Assembly (NCBI GenBank): GCA_963592135.1
Contig: CAVAVP010000021.1
Location: 40,248 to 104,247, forward strand
Length of the DNA stretch: 64,000 nucleotides
DNA from: a bacterium
GTDB taxonomy: Bacteria; Bacillota; Clostridia; Christensenellales; UBA3700
Direction: 5' to 3'
In this document: positions 47,465 through 56,852 of the stretch, one piece after another
Layout of the letters: each line of letters opens with the position of its first letter
Numbering within the stretch: the stretch's first letter is position 1
Translations under genes and position numbers: made by a program
Notes under the pieces: generated by a model
What the model was told of the DNA's origin: nothing
Databases searched by the model: none
What the model saw: only the letters and a program-made list of their open reading frames with translations

Positions 47465-47495
47465 GGGGATTACACTTTTTTTTGGTGTAACCCCC
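47465..47495 (-). other. Intercistronic stem-loop between the aminotransferase and kinase genes
   Basis: GGGGATTACAC (47465-47475), T8 loop, GTGTAACCCC (47485-47494). That gives a stem of about 10 bp with one bulge. On the minus strand it is followed by AUUUAUGCAUUU. Confidence 0.5.
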
Positions 47496-47514
47496 ATGGT
47501 TAATTTTTTATATT

Positions 47515-49221
47515 TTAATTTTTCTTAGATGCTTTATATTCATTTAATAACTTTTCAGCATCTGCTTTTGCTGCAGCTTTCTTTGCATCGATTTCAGCCA
47601 TTTGAGCTTTAGCTTTTTCTAATCCTTTAGCTTTCTCTTCTTTATGTCTCTTATCGTAAGCGGCGATTTGATCTTCAATCTTGCCTGTTTCTTTTACCAT
47701 CTTAAATACATCTTCAAATCTATTTAATGCTTCATCAATAACATCATCTGTATCTGCCATAGATGTATATAATCTTGAACCAGCAAGAGTTACAATACCA
47801 TTTGCCATATAAGCAGCACCCATATGCTCCATAGCTTCCTTTCTTACCATCATCATACTCTTCTTAGATAATGCGTTAACTACATTTAAGATATTCATTG
47901 ATGAGAAGTCGAAACTCATAGCAGCAGAACACTCTAAGTGGCAAATAGAACCTTGGTTATAGGCAACATATGGTAACTTATATTGGTCAATTAACTTAAC
48001 AAGTCCATCTGTTAATCTATCACCAGCTTTACCAGCCTTTACACACGCATTGTTCTTAGCAATTTCTTTCATACATACATAACCAGCCATAGAAGATAGA
48101 GGGTTAGCGGCAAGTGTACCGCCTACATATGCTTTCTTCATTAAGCCACCTACGCCAGCAGCCATTAAGTCAACATATTCTTTCTTACCACCTACACCAC
48201 CAGCAGCAGGATATCCACCAGCGACGATTTTACCAAATACTGTTAAATCTGGATGAACACCAAATAATCCTTGGGCACCACCTAAACCTACTCTGAAGCC
48301 TGTTACAACTTCATCAAAGATTAATAAGGCACCATACTTATCACACAATGCTCTTACTAATTGATTGTACTTCCAAGCAACTGGTCTTGTACCTGATTCT
48401 GGGCCAACTGGTTCAATAAGAATAGCAGCTGTACCACCTCTTAATTGGTTAAGTTTTAAATAACTTTCCATCATTTCTATATTATCTGGTTGAACTTCAT
48501 CTACAATTGAGTGAATCTTTGATGGAATACCATAAGACTCTAAGAAGTTTCTTGTTCCTGGAATTTTCAAACCATAAACTAATTGATCTGACCAACCATG
48601 GTATGCACCACCAACTTTAATAATTCTCTTATGACCTGTGGCACATCTAGCAATACGAATAGCGGCCATATCAGCTTCTGTACCAGAACCTAACATACGG
48701 AACTTTTCAACGTATGGCATATGCTTATTAATTTCTTTAGCAATTAATAATTCAGCTTCATGGAATAAACCTGTAACTGGACCACAATCTTTAATTAACT
48801 TAATAGCTTCTTCTTGAACTCCTGGGAAGTTAGATCCTAAAATTGTAGGACCACCAGCTTGTAAGAAGTCGAAGTATTTATTGCCATCAGCATCGTATAA
48901 GTAAGCTCCTTCAGCCTTTGTCATGCACATTGGGAATGGCTTATTGAATGCCAAATTATGTTGTACACCGCCTGGAATAAACTTCTTAGCTTCTGCTGTA
49001 ACTTCTTTTGACTTTGCACACTTAGTTTCATAATAACCTTTTACAATGTCTTTTTCATAAATGTCTTGGGGAATAGAATAAATATTCTTGTCTGTTAATT
49101 CCTTTAATGCATCTCTAATGTTTTGTGGTTCAGCCCAACGAGTAACACCGTATTCAGAACTTGGGTTTTTGTATTCAGCACCCTTACGTAATTCTTCTAC
49201 ACTAGTATACTTAATTTCCAT
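47515..49221 (-). CDS. Class-III (GSA-aminomutase-like) PLP-dependent aminotransferase with a Lys/Ala-rich C-terminal tail
   Basis: Fold-type I class III strings (LGSGTEADMAAIRIAR, IFDEVVTGFR, GKIVAGGYP). ATG 49221 is preceded by AAAGGAGA. The tail reads KEEKAKGLEKAKAQMAEIDAKKAAAKADAEKLLNEYKASKKN. Confidence 0.85.
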   Translation of the reverse strand: MEIKYTSVEELRKGAEYKNPSSEYGVTRWAEPQNIRDALKELTDKNIYSIPQDIYEKDIVKGYYETKCAKSKEVTAEAKKFIPGGVQHNLAFNKPFPMCMTKAEGAYLYDADGNKYFDFLQAGGPTILGSNFPGVQEEAIKLIKDCGPVTGLFHEAELLIAKEINKHMPYVEKFRMLGSGTEADMAAIRIARCATGHKRIIKVGGAYHGWSDQLVYGLKIPGTRNFLESYGIPSKIHSIVDEVQPDNIEMMESYLKLNQLRGGTAAILIEPVGPESGTRPVAWKYNQLVRALCDKYGALLIFDEVVTGFRVGLGGAQGLFGVHPDLTVFGKIVAGGYPAAGGVGGKKEYVDLMAAGVGGLMKKAYVGGTLAANPLSSMAGYVCMKEIAKNNACVKAGKAGDRLTDGLVKLIDQYKLPYVAYNQGSICHLECSAAMSFDFSSMNILNVVNALSKKSMMMVRKEAMEHMGAAYMANGIVTLAGSRLYTSMADTDDVIDEALNRFEDVFKMVKETGKIEDQIAAYDKRHKEEKAKGLEKAKAQMAEIDAKKAAAKADAEKLLNEYKASKKN

Positions 49222-49329
49222 AATTGTCTCCTTTTTGTTTGTTTGTATTTTAACATTATCAATTTTAACAAACAAAGCCATATGTAGTCAATATATATTT
49301 TTATATATAAATATATAGTGAATTGCTGC

Positions 49330-49359
49330 TTGACTATCTCAATGTCAAAAAATTATACT
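49330..49359 (+). promoter_or_regulatory. Candidate sigma-A promoter of the M28 peptidase gene
   Basis: TTGACT (49330-49335), 18-nt spacer, TATACT (49354-49359). Confidence 0.45.
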
Positions 49360-49385
49360 TAAAGCAATAACAAATGAGGTAATCT

Positions 49386-50672
49386 ATGAAAGATTCTACA
49401 ATACAAGAAAATGCACAACTAACATATGATTTAATTAGCGATGTTGTAAATTCAACAGGACCTAGACTTCCAGGGTCTGAAGAAGAAAAAAAAGGTGCGA
49501 ATATTTTTGCAAAGCAACTTGACTCTTTTGGCTTTGAACCACATGTTGAAAAATTTAAGGTTTCACCACGTGCATCTGTTGCCTCAGTACCAACTTTAGG
49601 TATTTTAGGTTTTGCGGCAATTGCAGCTTTTTATTTATCACCTGCAATTACGTTTGTAATAAGCATTTTAATTTTAACATATAGCATATTACAAATTTTT
49701 ACATACACTGGAGCTTTTGATTTTATTGCACAAAAATATCACTCTCAAAACGTTTATGCATCCATTGAGCCAAAGAATTCTCAAATAGATAGAACCATCG
49801 TTTTATCAGGCCACATAGACTCTTCTTGGAATTGGAAGCTTTCACTACAAAATCCTAAAACTCTAACCATAAAATTATCTCTTGGAACATTAGCTATTGT
49901 CTTTTTATTTTTCTTATCTTTAGTTGCTGTTTGTAAAGGCGCTAGAGATTTTACATATTGGGAAACAAATATAATAGACCAGGAAAATGGCACAATTGAA
50001 AATGTAGGAAATTTAATTATGATGTTACTTCCACTTTTATCTATTCCAGGATGTTTTTGGTTAACACAATTCTTAACATTAAATAAAGAGAGTGCTTGTC
50101 CAGGCGCTATGGATAATATGTCAGGAGTAGCCCTATCTTTAGTATGTTTAAAATATTTTAAAGAACACCCTGAAAGCATGCCAAAAAACACAAAATTAAT
50201 GTGCGTTGCATTCGGAAGCGAAGAAGCAGGTCTTAAAGGATCTAAAGAGTTTTGTAAGGTTCATAAAAAAGAATTCAATAACCACTACTATGTATTAAAT
50301 CTTGATTCATTTAGAGATAAAGATTCCTTTAATGTTATCGAAGGAGATAGATGGATGGGATCACATTTTGACAAAGAATTAGTCAATTTATCCCTTAAAA
50401 CCATGGAAGAATTAGAAATCGAAAACCCTATTAAATTTACAAACCCAGCGGGCGGATGTGACTCTACATCATTCTATAGAGCAGGTGTTAAAACAGTTAC
50501 CCTATCTGGACAAAGTACTAAACCTACGGATTATTACCACACAAATAAAGACACTGTATCTAACTTAAAAATGGATGCACTTGAACAAGGTTTTGAATTA
50601 GTTACAACACTAGTCCCTAGGATAGCCGAAATGGATATATTAAAATCTTCAAAACCCACTAAAATTAAATAA
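49386..50672 (+). CDS. M28-family metallopeptidase with integrated TM helices
   Basis: M28 ligand strings in order: SGHIDS, GAMDNMSGVA, GSEEAGLKGS, LNLDS, YHTNKD. About four hydrophobic helices are present, two of them between the HxD and DN boxes. Confidence 0.8.
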   Translation: MKDSTIQENAQLTYDLISDVVNSTGPRLPGSEEEKKGANIFAKQLDSFGFEPHVEKFKVSPRASVASVPTLGILGFAAIAAFYLSPAITFVISILILTYSILQIFTYTGAFDFIAQKYHSQNVYASIEPKNSQIDRTIVLSGHIDSSWNWKLSLQNPKTLTIKLSLGTLAIVFLFFLSLVAVCKGARDFTYWETNIIDQENGTIENVGNLIMMLLPLLSIPGCFWLTQFLTLNKESACPGAMDNMSGVALSLVCLKYFKEHPESMPKNTKLMCVAFGSEEAGLKGSKEFCKVHKKEFNNHYYVLNLDSFRDKDSFNVIEGDRWMGSHFDKELVNLSLKTMEELEIENPIKFTNPAGGCDSTSFYRAGVKTVTLSGQSTKPTDYYHTNKDTVSNLKMDALEQGFELVTTLVPRIAEMDILKSSKPTKIK

Positions 50673-50690
50673 AAATATTGAAGTAATATA

Positions 50691-50730
50691 AAAAAATTAG
50701 CAGCCACTTTTAAATGACTGCTATTTTTTA
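50691..50730. terminator. Bidirectional terminator between the M28 peptidase and DUF975 genes
   Basis: TAGCAGCCA pairs with TGACTGCTA (one mismatch), flanked by an A7 run and TTTTTT. Confidence 0.6.
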
Positions 50731-50749
50731 CAACTTATTTTAAATTTTA

Positions 50750-51481
50750 TTATTCTTTTGTAAATACATCTTCTACTTTATCTACAGGTTCTGCGTCTAC
50801 AGGTTCTGCATCTACAACTTCACCATCACTCTCTTGCTTGATTTCAAGTTCTGGGAATGTTCCTGGATGATTTAATTCATACTCCTTCTTTAAATTTTCA
50901 TAGTATAAGAATATTGTAAAATTAATATATTGTCCCTTCCAAATAGACAAGATGCCGAATGTTAATGCTATTAATAATTCCCAACCAATGAAACTTATTT
51001 CTAATACAAATAATTCCCACTTATGGCCCTTCATCATATCTCTACTTAATTTTAGACTATCTATAATTCCTCTTTTTGAAGTATTTTCAGGATCGGACAT
51101 TAAGAATGGTACCATAGCATATGCATAAGTTAAGATAACTCCAGGTACGATTACTATACTTCCTAAAAGTATTAATAAAGTTGAAAGTGCACTTGCCCCA
51201 AAATAACTAATTAGTTTTTCTAATTCTTTCATTGGAGTAAACATTCCTACAAGTTCAGTTTCGCCTTTTCTTATATAATTGAATTCCCATACAAAAAATC
51301 CATAGCTTACCACCATGCTAAGCAAAGCGCCTACCCAGACTACCCATGGCGATATTGCGCCAAATATGCTAGAAATAGCAACAGAGATTAATGCATAGAT
51401 TAAAAGTGGTAAAAATGTTACGCCTATTTTACCATCTACTAACTTTTTTGATTGCTCTTTTAATTCTTGACGTGTTGGCAT
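50750..51481 (-). CDS. DUF975-family integral membrane protein with an acidic VDAEP-repeat tail
   Basis: Topology and N-terminus (RQELKEQSKKLVDGKIGV) are typical of DUF975. The C-terminus is VVDAEPVDAEPVDKVED. Confidence 0.7.
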   Translation of the reverse strand: MPTRQELKEQSKKLVDGKIGVTFLPLLIYALISVAISSIFGAISPWVVWVGALLSMVVSYGFFVWEFNYIRKGETELVGMFTPMKELEKLISYFGASALSTLLILLGSIVIVPGVILTYAYAMVPFLMSDPENTSKRGIIDSLKLSRDMMKGHKWELFVLEISFIGWELLIALTFGILSIWKGQYINFTIFLYYENLKKEYELNHPGTFPELEIKQESDGEVVDAEPVDAEPVDKVEDVFTKE

Positions 51482-51484
51482 ATA

Positions 51485-52105
51485 TTAAACCTCACATATT
51501 TTATTTTTTTCACCTTTAGAGTATATACAACCACAATAGTTTTGTCTATATAATTTTAACTCTTTTGATAATTGAATTGATCTCAAGTACCCACCTTTTT
51601 TCTTAAAATCGTTAACTAGGTATAAGATTTCTTTATTTTTCGAAATTTCTTCTCCTATATCATTTAATTTTTTTGCATTTTTATATGGCGATATAGAAAG
51701 AGTTGATGCAAAATAATTGAAATTATTTTTAATTGCGTATTCCATAGTTTTTTCAAGTCTTAGTCTATAACAAATAGCACATCTATCTCCGCCCTCTTTA
51801 CACTCTTCAAAACCTTTTATTTTCTCTATCCACTCACTAGGGCTGTACTTTTCATAGACCGTCTTTACACCTTGGAATTTACTTACAATTTTCACAAACT
51901 CTCCATATCTTTTATTGTATTCTTCTATTGACTCCATATTGGGATTATAAAAATATAAAGTTATATCAAAATATTTGCTTAAATATTCAACACAATAAGA
52001 AGAACATGGTGCACAACAAGCATGCAAAAGCAAACTCGGTCTTTCTTTTAAATTTTCTAAAATATTATCTAATTCTAGTTGATAGTTTCTATTAGTAGGA
52101 TTCAT
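51485..52105 (-). CDS. queH: Epoxyqueuosine reductase QueH (DUF208)
   Basis: LLLHACCAPCSSY, CAICYRLRLEKT and YRQNYCGC cysteine motifs, length about 206 aa. Confidence 0.9.
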   Translation of the reverse strand: MNPTNRNYQLELDNILENLKERPSLLLHACCAPCSSYCVEYLSKYFDITLYFYNPNMESIEEYNKRYGEFVKIVSKFQGVKTVYEKYSPSEWIEKIKGFEECKEGGDRCAICYRLRLEKTMEYAIKNNFNYFASTLSISPYKNAKKLNDIGEEISKNKEILYLVNDFKKKGGYLRSIQLSKELKLYRQNYCGCIYSKGEKNKICEV

Positions 52106-53249
52106 TTAATAAAGTTAAAATACTTTCCTCTTCCATGGCTTTACAATTATCCGCTACAGTCTTTGCAATATCATCTAAATCTTCCTCTGGAATATTAAAA
52201 TCACTTAGTTTAGAGTTGAAATCTACATATTCATTTACTTTGTCATATAAGCTTTCAATGGCAAAAATTGCCCTTTCAGATCTTTTATCTCTTTCAACTA
52301 ATGCGTAATCATTTTCCGAAATCATTGAGTTTAAACTATAACCAAAAGATTCACTTAATTCTTGTTTTTTTAGATATTGTCTAAACAAAATTGCAAAAAT
52401 ATTAGAATAATTAGCATGGTATCTATCTGAAATAACATCAGATATTACCGCTAAAGTCTGTTTTCTAAGCATTGAGTATGCAGCACCAGCGAGAACTACT
52501 GCCTCCATAATTTTTGTTCTATACACTTTTTCAGCATTTTTTAAAATACTTTTTTCCAAATATTCAAACACAAGTTTTATGGCAACATCTGCATATATTT
52601 TAGATATTAGCGTTGAGTCTTCTTGTGCAAAACATTCTATGGATAATGCAAGTGCATACAAACCATAAGTTGCAATAGATTTTGGCGGCAACGTGTCTGT
52701 CATAACAGAATCAACAACAACAATATTGCTCTCCGCATATTTTGTATCAAATTCATATATTTTATTGTTTTTAAGGTCGCTTATTCTAACAAAATTGCTT
52801 ATTTCAAAACCTGATGCAAGGTTTGTTGGCACAACTATTAAAGGAACGTTTCTAACAGCAAAATTATCTATACCTTCTATTGCATAATGAGAAATATAAT
52901 TTTGATCTTCCGTTAATAGAATTTTAGCGCCTTTAGCTGCCATTATTGCTGCTTTTTTACCAACCGCTATAATACAATCACAATTACCTGCTTTATAGTT
53001 TATGGCTATTCTTTCGCAATCCTTATTTGTGGCTACATCCTGTATTTTTCTATATGTCGCACAAATTTCTATGTTTTGTGATTTAAATATGTTTTTAACA
53101 TAATTCCAGTTACCTACTCTATAAGATATTTCATCACTTAAAAGAAGAACCCTCTTACAATTTAATTGTGCAAGTTCATAAGGCAAGTTATATATTGCTT
53201 TATCACCAACTAATAATTTTACATTATTATCAAATATATACTCCTGCAT
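52092..53249 (-). CDS. Iron-containing alcohol dehydrogenase-family paralog, apparently lacking most metal ligands
   Basis: The Fe-ADH fold order is recognisable (AVGKKAAIMAAK, VVPTNLASGFEIS). The GxDAxxHxxE box reads GLYALALSIE, and the HxxxH region reads AVISDVIS. ATG 53249 forms a TAATG overlap with the upstream stop and follows AGGAG. Confidence 0.7.
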   Translation of the reverse strand: MQEYIFDNNVKLLVGDKAIYNLPYELAQLNCKRVLLLSDEISYRVGNWNYVKNIFKSQNIEICATYRKIQDVATNKDCERIAINYKAGNCDCIIAVGKKAAIMAAKGAKILLTEDQNYISHYAIEGIDNFAVRNVPLIVVPTNLASGFEISNFVRISDLKNNKIYEFDTKYAESNIVVVDSVMTDTLPPKSIATYGLYALALSIECFAQEDSTLISKIYADVAIKLVFEYLEKSILKNAEKVYRTKIMEAVVLAGAAYSMLRKQTLAVISDVISDRYHANYSNIFAILFRQYLKKQELSESFGYSLNSMISENDYALVERDKRSERAIFAIESLYDKVNEYVDFNSKLSDFNIPEEDLDDIAKTVADNCKAMEEESILTLLNESY

Positions 53250-54436
53250 TACAAGCACTCCTTTAGTATGTTAATTAAGTTTTCTTTACTTGGTTTTTTG
53301 GGAGTTGCAACTAACTCTTCATTAGTTAACACCTCTTGAGCAATACTTTCTAAATCAGCTTCTTTAATTCCATATTCAGATAATTTTGTATTTATTTTAA
53401 ATTCTGTGGATATAAAATTTATTATGTTATCAAAAATACGTATAAAGGCTTCTGATCTATCATTATCGTTTAATGTAGAGAACTCCTTTGCGCCTAATGA
53501 AAATAAAAGCATTTGTGCATATTCTTTCTCACAAACATCCTTATTAAACTCTAGGCAAACTTTTACAACACAACAAACTGCAACATTATGTTGAATATTA
53601 TATTTTGCAGTTATACTATTAGATATTGCGTGAACAAGACCACTAAAGATATTTGAACATCCTATTGCAGATAAACATGCTGCTCTTTGCAAGTTATATA
53701 AACTTTCTGGACTTGTATTTATAACAGCATTCTGAAAATTATTTTTTATCATAAACAATGACATTTTTGAAAAACTTTTTGTTATTTCATTTCCATTTAA
53801 ACTTACATAAGATTCTACATTATGCGTCATTATATCTATAAGATTTAAAAGTATTTCTTGTTTTGATAATGTTCCTAACATTCTAGGATCTAAAACACAA
53901 ACAGATGGCTCTATTATGTCCGAAATAAATTTAATTGGGATTTTCCTTTCGTTATCTATAATAACTGCACTTGCCGATACTTCGCATCCTGAACCAAAAG
54001 TTGTTGGAAAAACTGCAAAAGGAATGATCCTTTGTCTTATAGCACAATCTATTCCTCTGTATTCGAGCAAGTTTCTGCTATTAGTTGCAAGCAAAAGTTC
54101 TAGGGCTTTCGCAGCATATATAGCACGTGTTCCGCCTATGGCCACTATCGAATCACAACCACTTTTTCTAAACTCTATATAAATTTTATCTACATCTTCG
54201 ATGCTTGTTGCATTTTCTAGATTATAATAAGTTTTTCCAACACAAATATCTTCAATTTTATCAAATGCAGCTTTTACAATTTGGATAACACCCGTTTTTT
54301 GAACATCCTTATCTGAAATAATAAAAACTCTATAAGCTCCAAGAGTATGTAATTTATTAATACCCTCTTCTATGCCTTTTTCACTGACTATAATGCTAAC
54401 TTTATTAGAAAATTGGAAAAAATCTTTTTTTATCAT
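53249..54436 (-). CDS. Iron-containing alcohol dehydrogenase-family protein, metal ligands present
   Basis: AIGGTRAIYAAK, FPTTFGSGCEVS, LIDIMTHNVESYVS, VHAISNSITAKYNIQHNVA. ATG 54436 forms an ATGA overlap with the upstream gene. Confidence 0.8.
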   Translation of the reverse strand: MIKKDFFQFSNKVSIIVSEKGIEEGINKLHTLGAYRVFIISDKDVQKTGVIQIVKAAFDKIEDICVGKTYYNLENATSIEDVDKIYIEFRKSGCDSIVAIGGTRAIYAAKALELLLATNSRNLLEYRGIDCAIRQRIIPFAVFPTTFGSGCEVSASAVIIDNERKIPIKFISDIIEPSVCVLDPRMLGTLSKQEILLNLIDIMTHNVESYVSLNGNEITKSFSKMSLFMIKNNFQNAVINTSPESLYNLQRAACLSAIGCSNIFSGLVHAISNSITAKYNIQHNVAVCCVVKVCLEFNKDVCEKEYAQMLLFSLGAKEFSTLNDNDRSEAFIRIFDNIINFISTEFKINTKLSEYGIKEADLESIAQEVLTNEELVATPKKPSKENLINILKECL

Positions 54437-54942
54437 AGCCACCCTCTAAATATTAAAACAAACCTTGCTTTAATAGAAAAATTATAACTCATAGGTTTTT
54501 CTTTTAAATACTTATCTCTTCTTAATTTTGTAGAATATGTTGCCTGGGCAATATCAAACATCTTCAAAACTTTTATTCCGAGTTCAATATCACCTTTTAT
54601 TACTAGTCTTGATTGGTTAAATGCATCGGTTACAGACATTAAATTTTGCAAAACTGGAGCTGCTAAATCTATACTTTTAAACATAACATAAGCATCTTCT
54701 TTTACTGTTACGTTTTTCTTTAATGAAAGTTTTAATTTATTACCAACTTTTTCACAAACTGCAGTTCTCTTTGCCGGGAATGTAGTTATATAAATTTTAG
54801 AATAATCAGGCATTGATTCTACCATTTCTTTAACTCTAGGGTCTTCCTCAGCACATACACGCAAGGAAGCAACTAGGCTCATAAGTCTAGTAAATGCATG
54901 TAGATTTTTTAGATTTTCTTTAACTGCAAATATATTTAGCAT
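54433..54942 (-). CDS. Hypothetical protein, possibly SCP2/sterol-carrier-like
   Basis: 169 aa. The C-terminal LVIKGDIELGIKVLKMFD resembles the SCP2 signature. It is translationally coupled to the Fe-ADH genes. The assignment is weak. Confidence 0.4.
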   Translation of the reverse strand: MLNIFAVKENLKNLHAFTRLMSLVASLRVCAEEDPRVKEMVESMPDYSKIYITTFPAKRTAVCEKVGNKLKLSLKKNVTVKEDAYVMFKSIDLAAPVLQNLMSVTDAFNQSRLVIKGDIELGIKVLKMFDIAQATYSTKLRRDKYLKEKPMSYNFSIKARFVLIFRGWL

Positions 54943-55199
54943 TCTGTTCCTTAATCAAAGATTATTTTAACATATGTTAAAAGTTGTTGTCTATATACTA
55001 TAACTTTTTTCAAAAAATGTTAAATTAAAAACTTAAATTAAAATTCATCTTAATCTTATTTTTTTATTTAATTTTTTGTAGAATTCGCAAAAACACAAAA
55101 TTTACCATATTCTCTATATTTTTGAATAACTATCGACTAATGTTTTCACCATCTTTCGGTTATTTTACACCTTTTCAATTTTTTATACTACAATTTATT

Positions 55200-55240
55200 A
55201 AAAAAAAATAATCATCCACTTTTAAAGCGAATGATTATTT
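55200..55240 (-). terminator. Rho-independent terminator of the ABC exporter operon
   Basis: AATAATCAT (55207-55215) pairs with ATGATTATT (55231-55239), with an A9 run on the plus strand (a U-run on the minus-strand transcript). Confidence 0.65.
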
Positions 55241-55262
55241 TACTTATCTTTAGAATAGGGTT

Positions 55263-56852
55263 TTATAGTGGCAAATCTTTCTTTCTAAACTTAATATCAC
55301 CTAGAATATATCCAACAAGGCCGATTGCAACAAGTATAGCTAATTTCCAAATCCAAGTCGTTGTTCCATTTAGTATTGATACAACATCAAATAAAGTTAT
55401 TAGTGATACATAGTTAAAGTAATTTAAGGCACTTATTCTTACAACAGATGGAATTACAGATGAACCAAATAATCCTAACATTGTTGCAACCAAGAAGAAC
55501 ATTGAAAGACCACCTCCGATTGACATAGCTCTTTTTGATCTGTCGTAGTAACATGATGCAAAGAAGTTAATTCCACTTAATGCAAACATTACCATGAATG
55601 CTCCTAAATTAATAAGCATTAATTTTGAAATTGTAAGACTTGTTTGAACATCTACTATTTCAAAACATACTATTGCAGTTATAGTAGTGCAAATAAACAT
55701 TAATAGAAGTGATAATACTAGATATAATCCTTGCGTAAATGTCACTTGTCTACGTTTTGTTGATGTAGATAGAACATAAGCCATAGAACCTGAATCAACT
55801 TGGCCTGCTATCAAGTTATTAGCTGACATAATTAGATAAATTATAGGAAGTAGTAATCCTGCCATTTTAAAGAATATAGAACCAACAATTAAACCATATA
55901 GATCCATTTGCCCTATTTCTTCAATTCCACTTGCAACCTCTTCTGGCAATTTATCCAACAATGAACCGGCTACACTAACATTTAACTCTTCTTTTATGTT
56001 GTTTACCTTTGTCTCATATTCTTCTATAGATAAACTAGAATCTATTTGTGAAATTTCATATGTTAATTTTTCTTGATATTCCAAACTTGCTTCATAAGAA
56101 GTCTTATAAACATTATTATATGTGAATCCCATAGCGTCGTATTTTTCTCTATTAACACCATAGTCACTTAAAGTTTTAAGCAATTCTTTTATTGTACTTT
56201 CTTTATTCATTTGTCCAGCGACCAGCATTGATGTTGTTTTATATGCACGATTTTCTCTAAACTCTACTCTCTCTTTTGATTTTATATAGTTAGAAAGGGC
56301 TATTGCTGTTTCTCCTTTTGAAATACTTTCTATATCTACTTTCATGTATGAAAGAAGTGCACTTTTATAATCTTCAGGCACTTCTTCGCCATATTCTGTA
56401 TACATAGCTTTTGTTATAACATTAGGATTAATAGTTACATATGCACTAGATGATATTGTATATTTTTCCTTAAATTTATCTAAAGCATAGTTATATGCTG
56501 GTGTTACATATGTATCTTGAAAACTAGACGAGTTAGCTGAATAAGAATTATAGGTATCTAATGTATTTATTTCATTAAACTTTTTAGTAAACTCTGAATC
56601 AAATAATTCACATGCCTCAGAAGATTTTTTATATTCCGCAACTGCATTCTTTTTTACATTTGCGGTAATTGTTTCTTTTATAATTGTATCTTCAACATTT
56701 TCTTTCATTGAAGAAAGTGAAGAAGTACCAGATATAAGCATAACGCATGCTAACATAAAACATACTGCTACTGTTATAATAGCCCACATTAAGCCGTTTG
56801 CCTTACAAGATTGCTTAAACAACGCTTTTGAAAATAAATTAATATCTTTCAT
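55263..56852 (-). CDS. ABC-2-type exporter permease with a large extracytoplasmic loop
   Basis: TM1, then a soluble loop of about 270 aa, then five C-terminal TM helices. ATG 56852 follows GGAG and overlaps the ATPase stop. Confidence 0.75.
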   Translation of the reverse strand: MKDINLFSKALFKQSCKANGLMWAIITVAVCFMLACVMLISGTSSLSSMKENVEDTIIKETITANVKKNAVAEYKKSSEACELFDSEFTKKFNEINTLDTYNSYSANSSSFQDTYVTPAYNYALDKFKEKYTISSSAYVTINPNVITKAMYTEYGEEVPEDYKSALLSYMKVDIESISKGETAIALSNYIKSKERVEFRENRAYKTTSMLVAGQMNKESTIKELLKTLSDYGVNREKYDAMGFTYNNVYKTSYEASLEYQEKLTYEISQIDSSLSIEEYETKVNNIKEELNVSVAGSLLDKLPEEVASGIEEIGQMDLYGLIVGSIFFKMAGLLLPIIYLIMSANNLIAGQVDSGSMAYVLSTSTKRRQVTFTQGLYLVLSLLLMFICTTITAIVCFEIVDVQTSLTISKLMLINLGAFMVMFALSGINFFASCYYDRSKRAMSIGGGLSMFFLVATMLGLFGSSVIPSVVRISALNYFNYVSLITLFDVVSILNGTTTWIWKLAILVAIGLVGYILGDIKFRKKDLPL

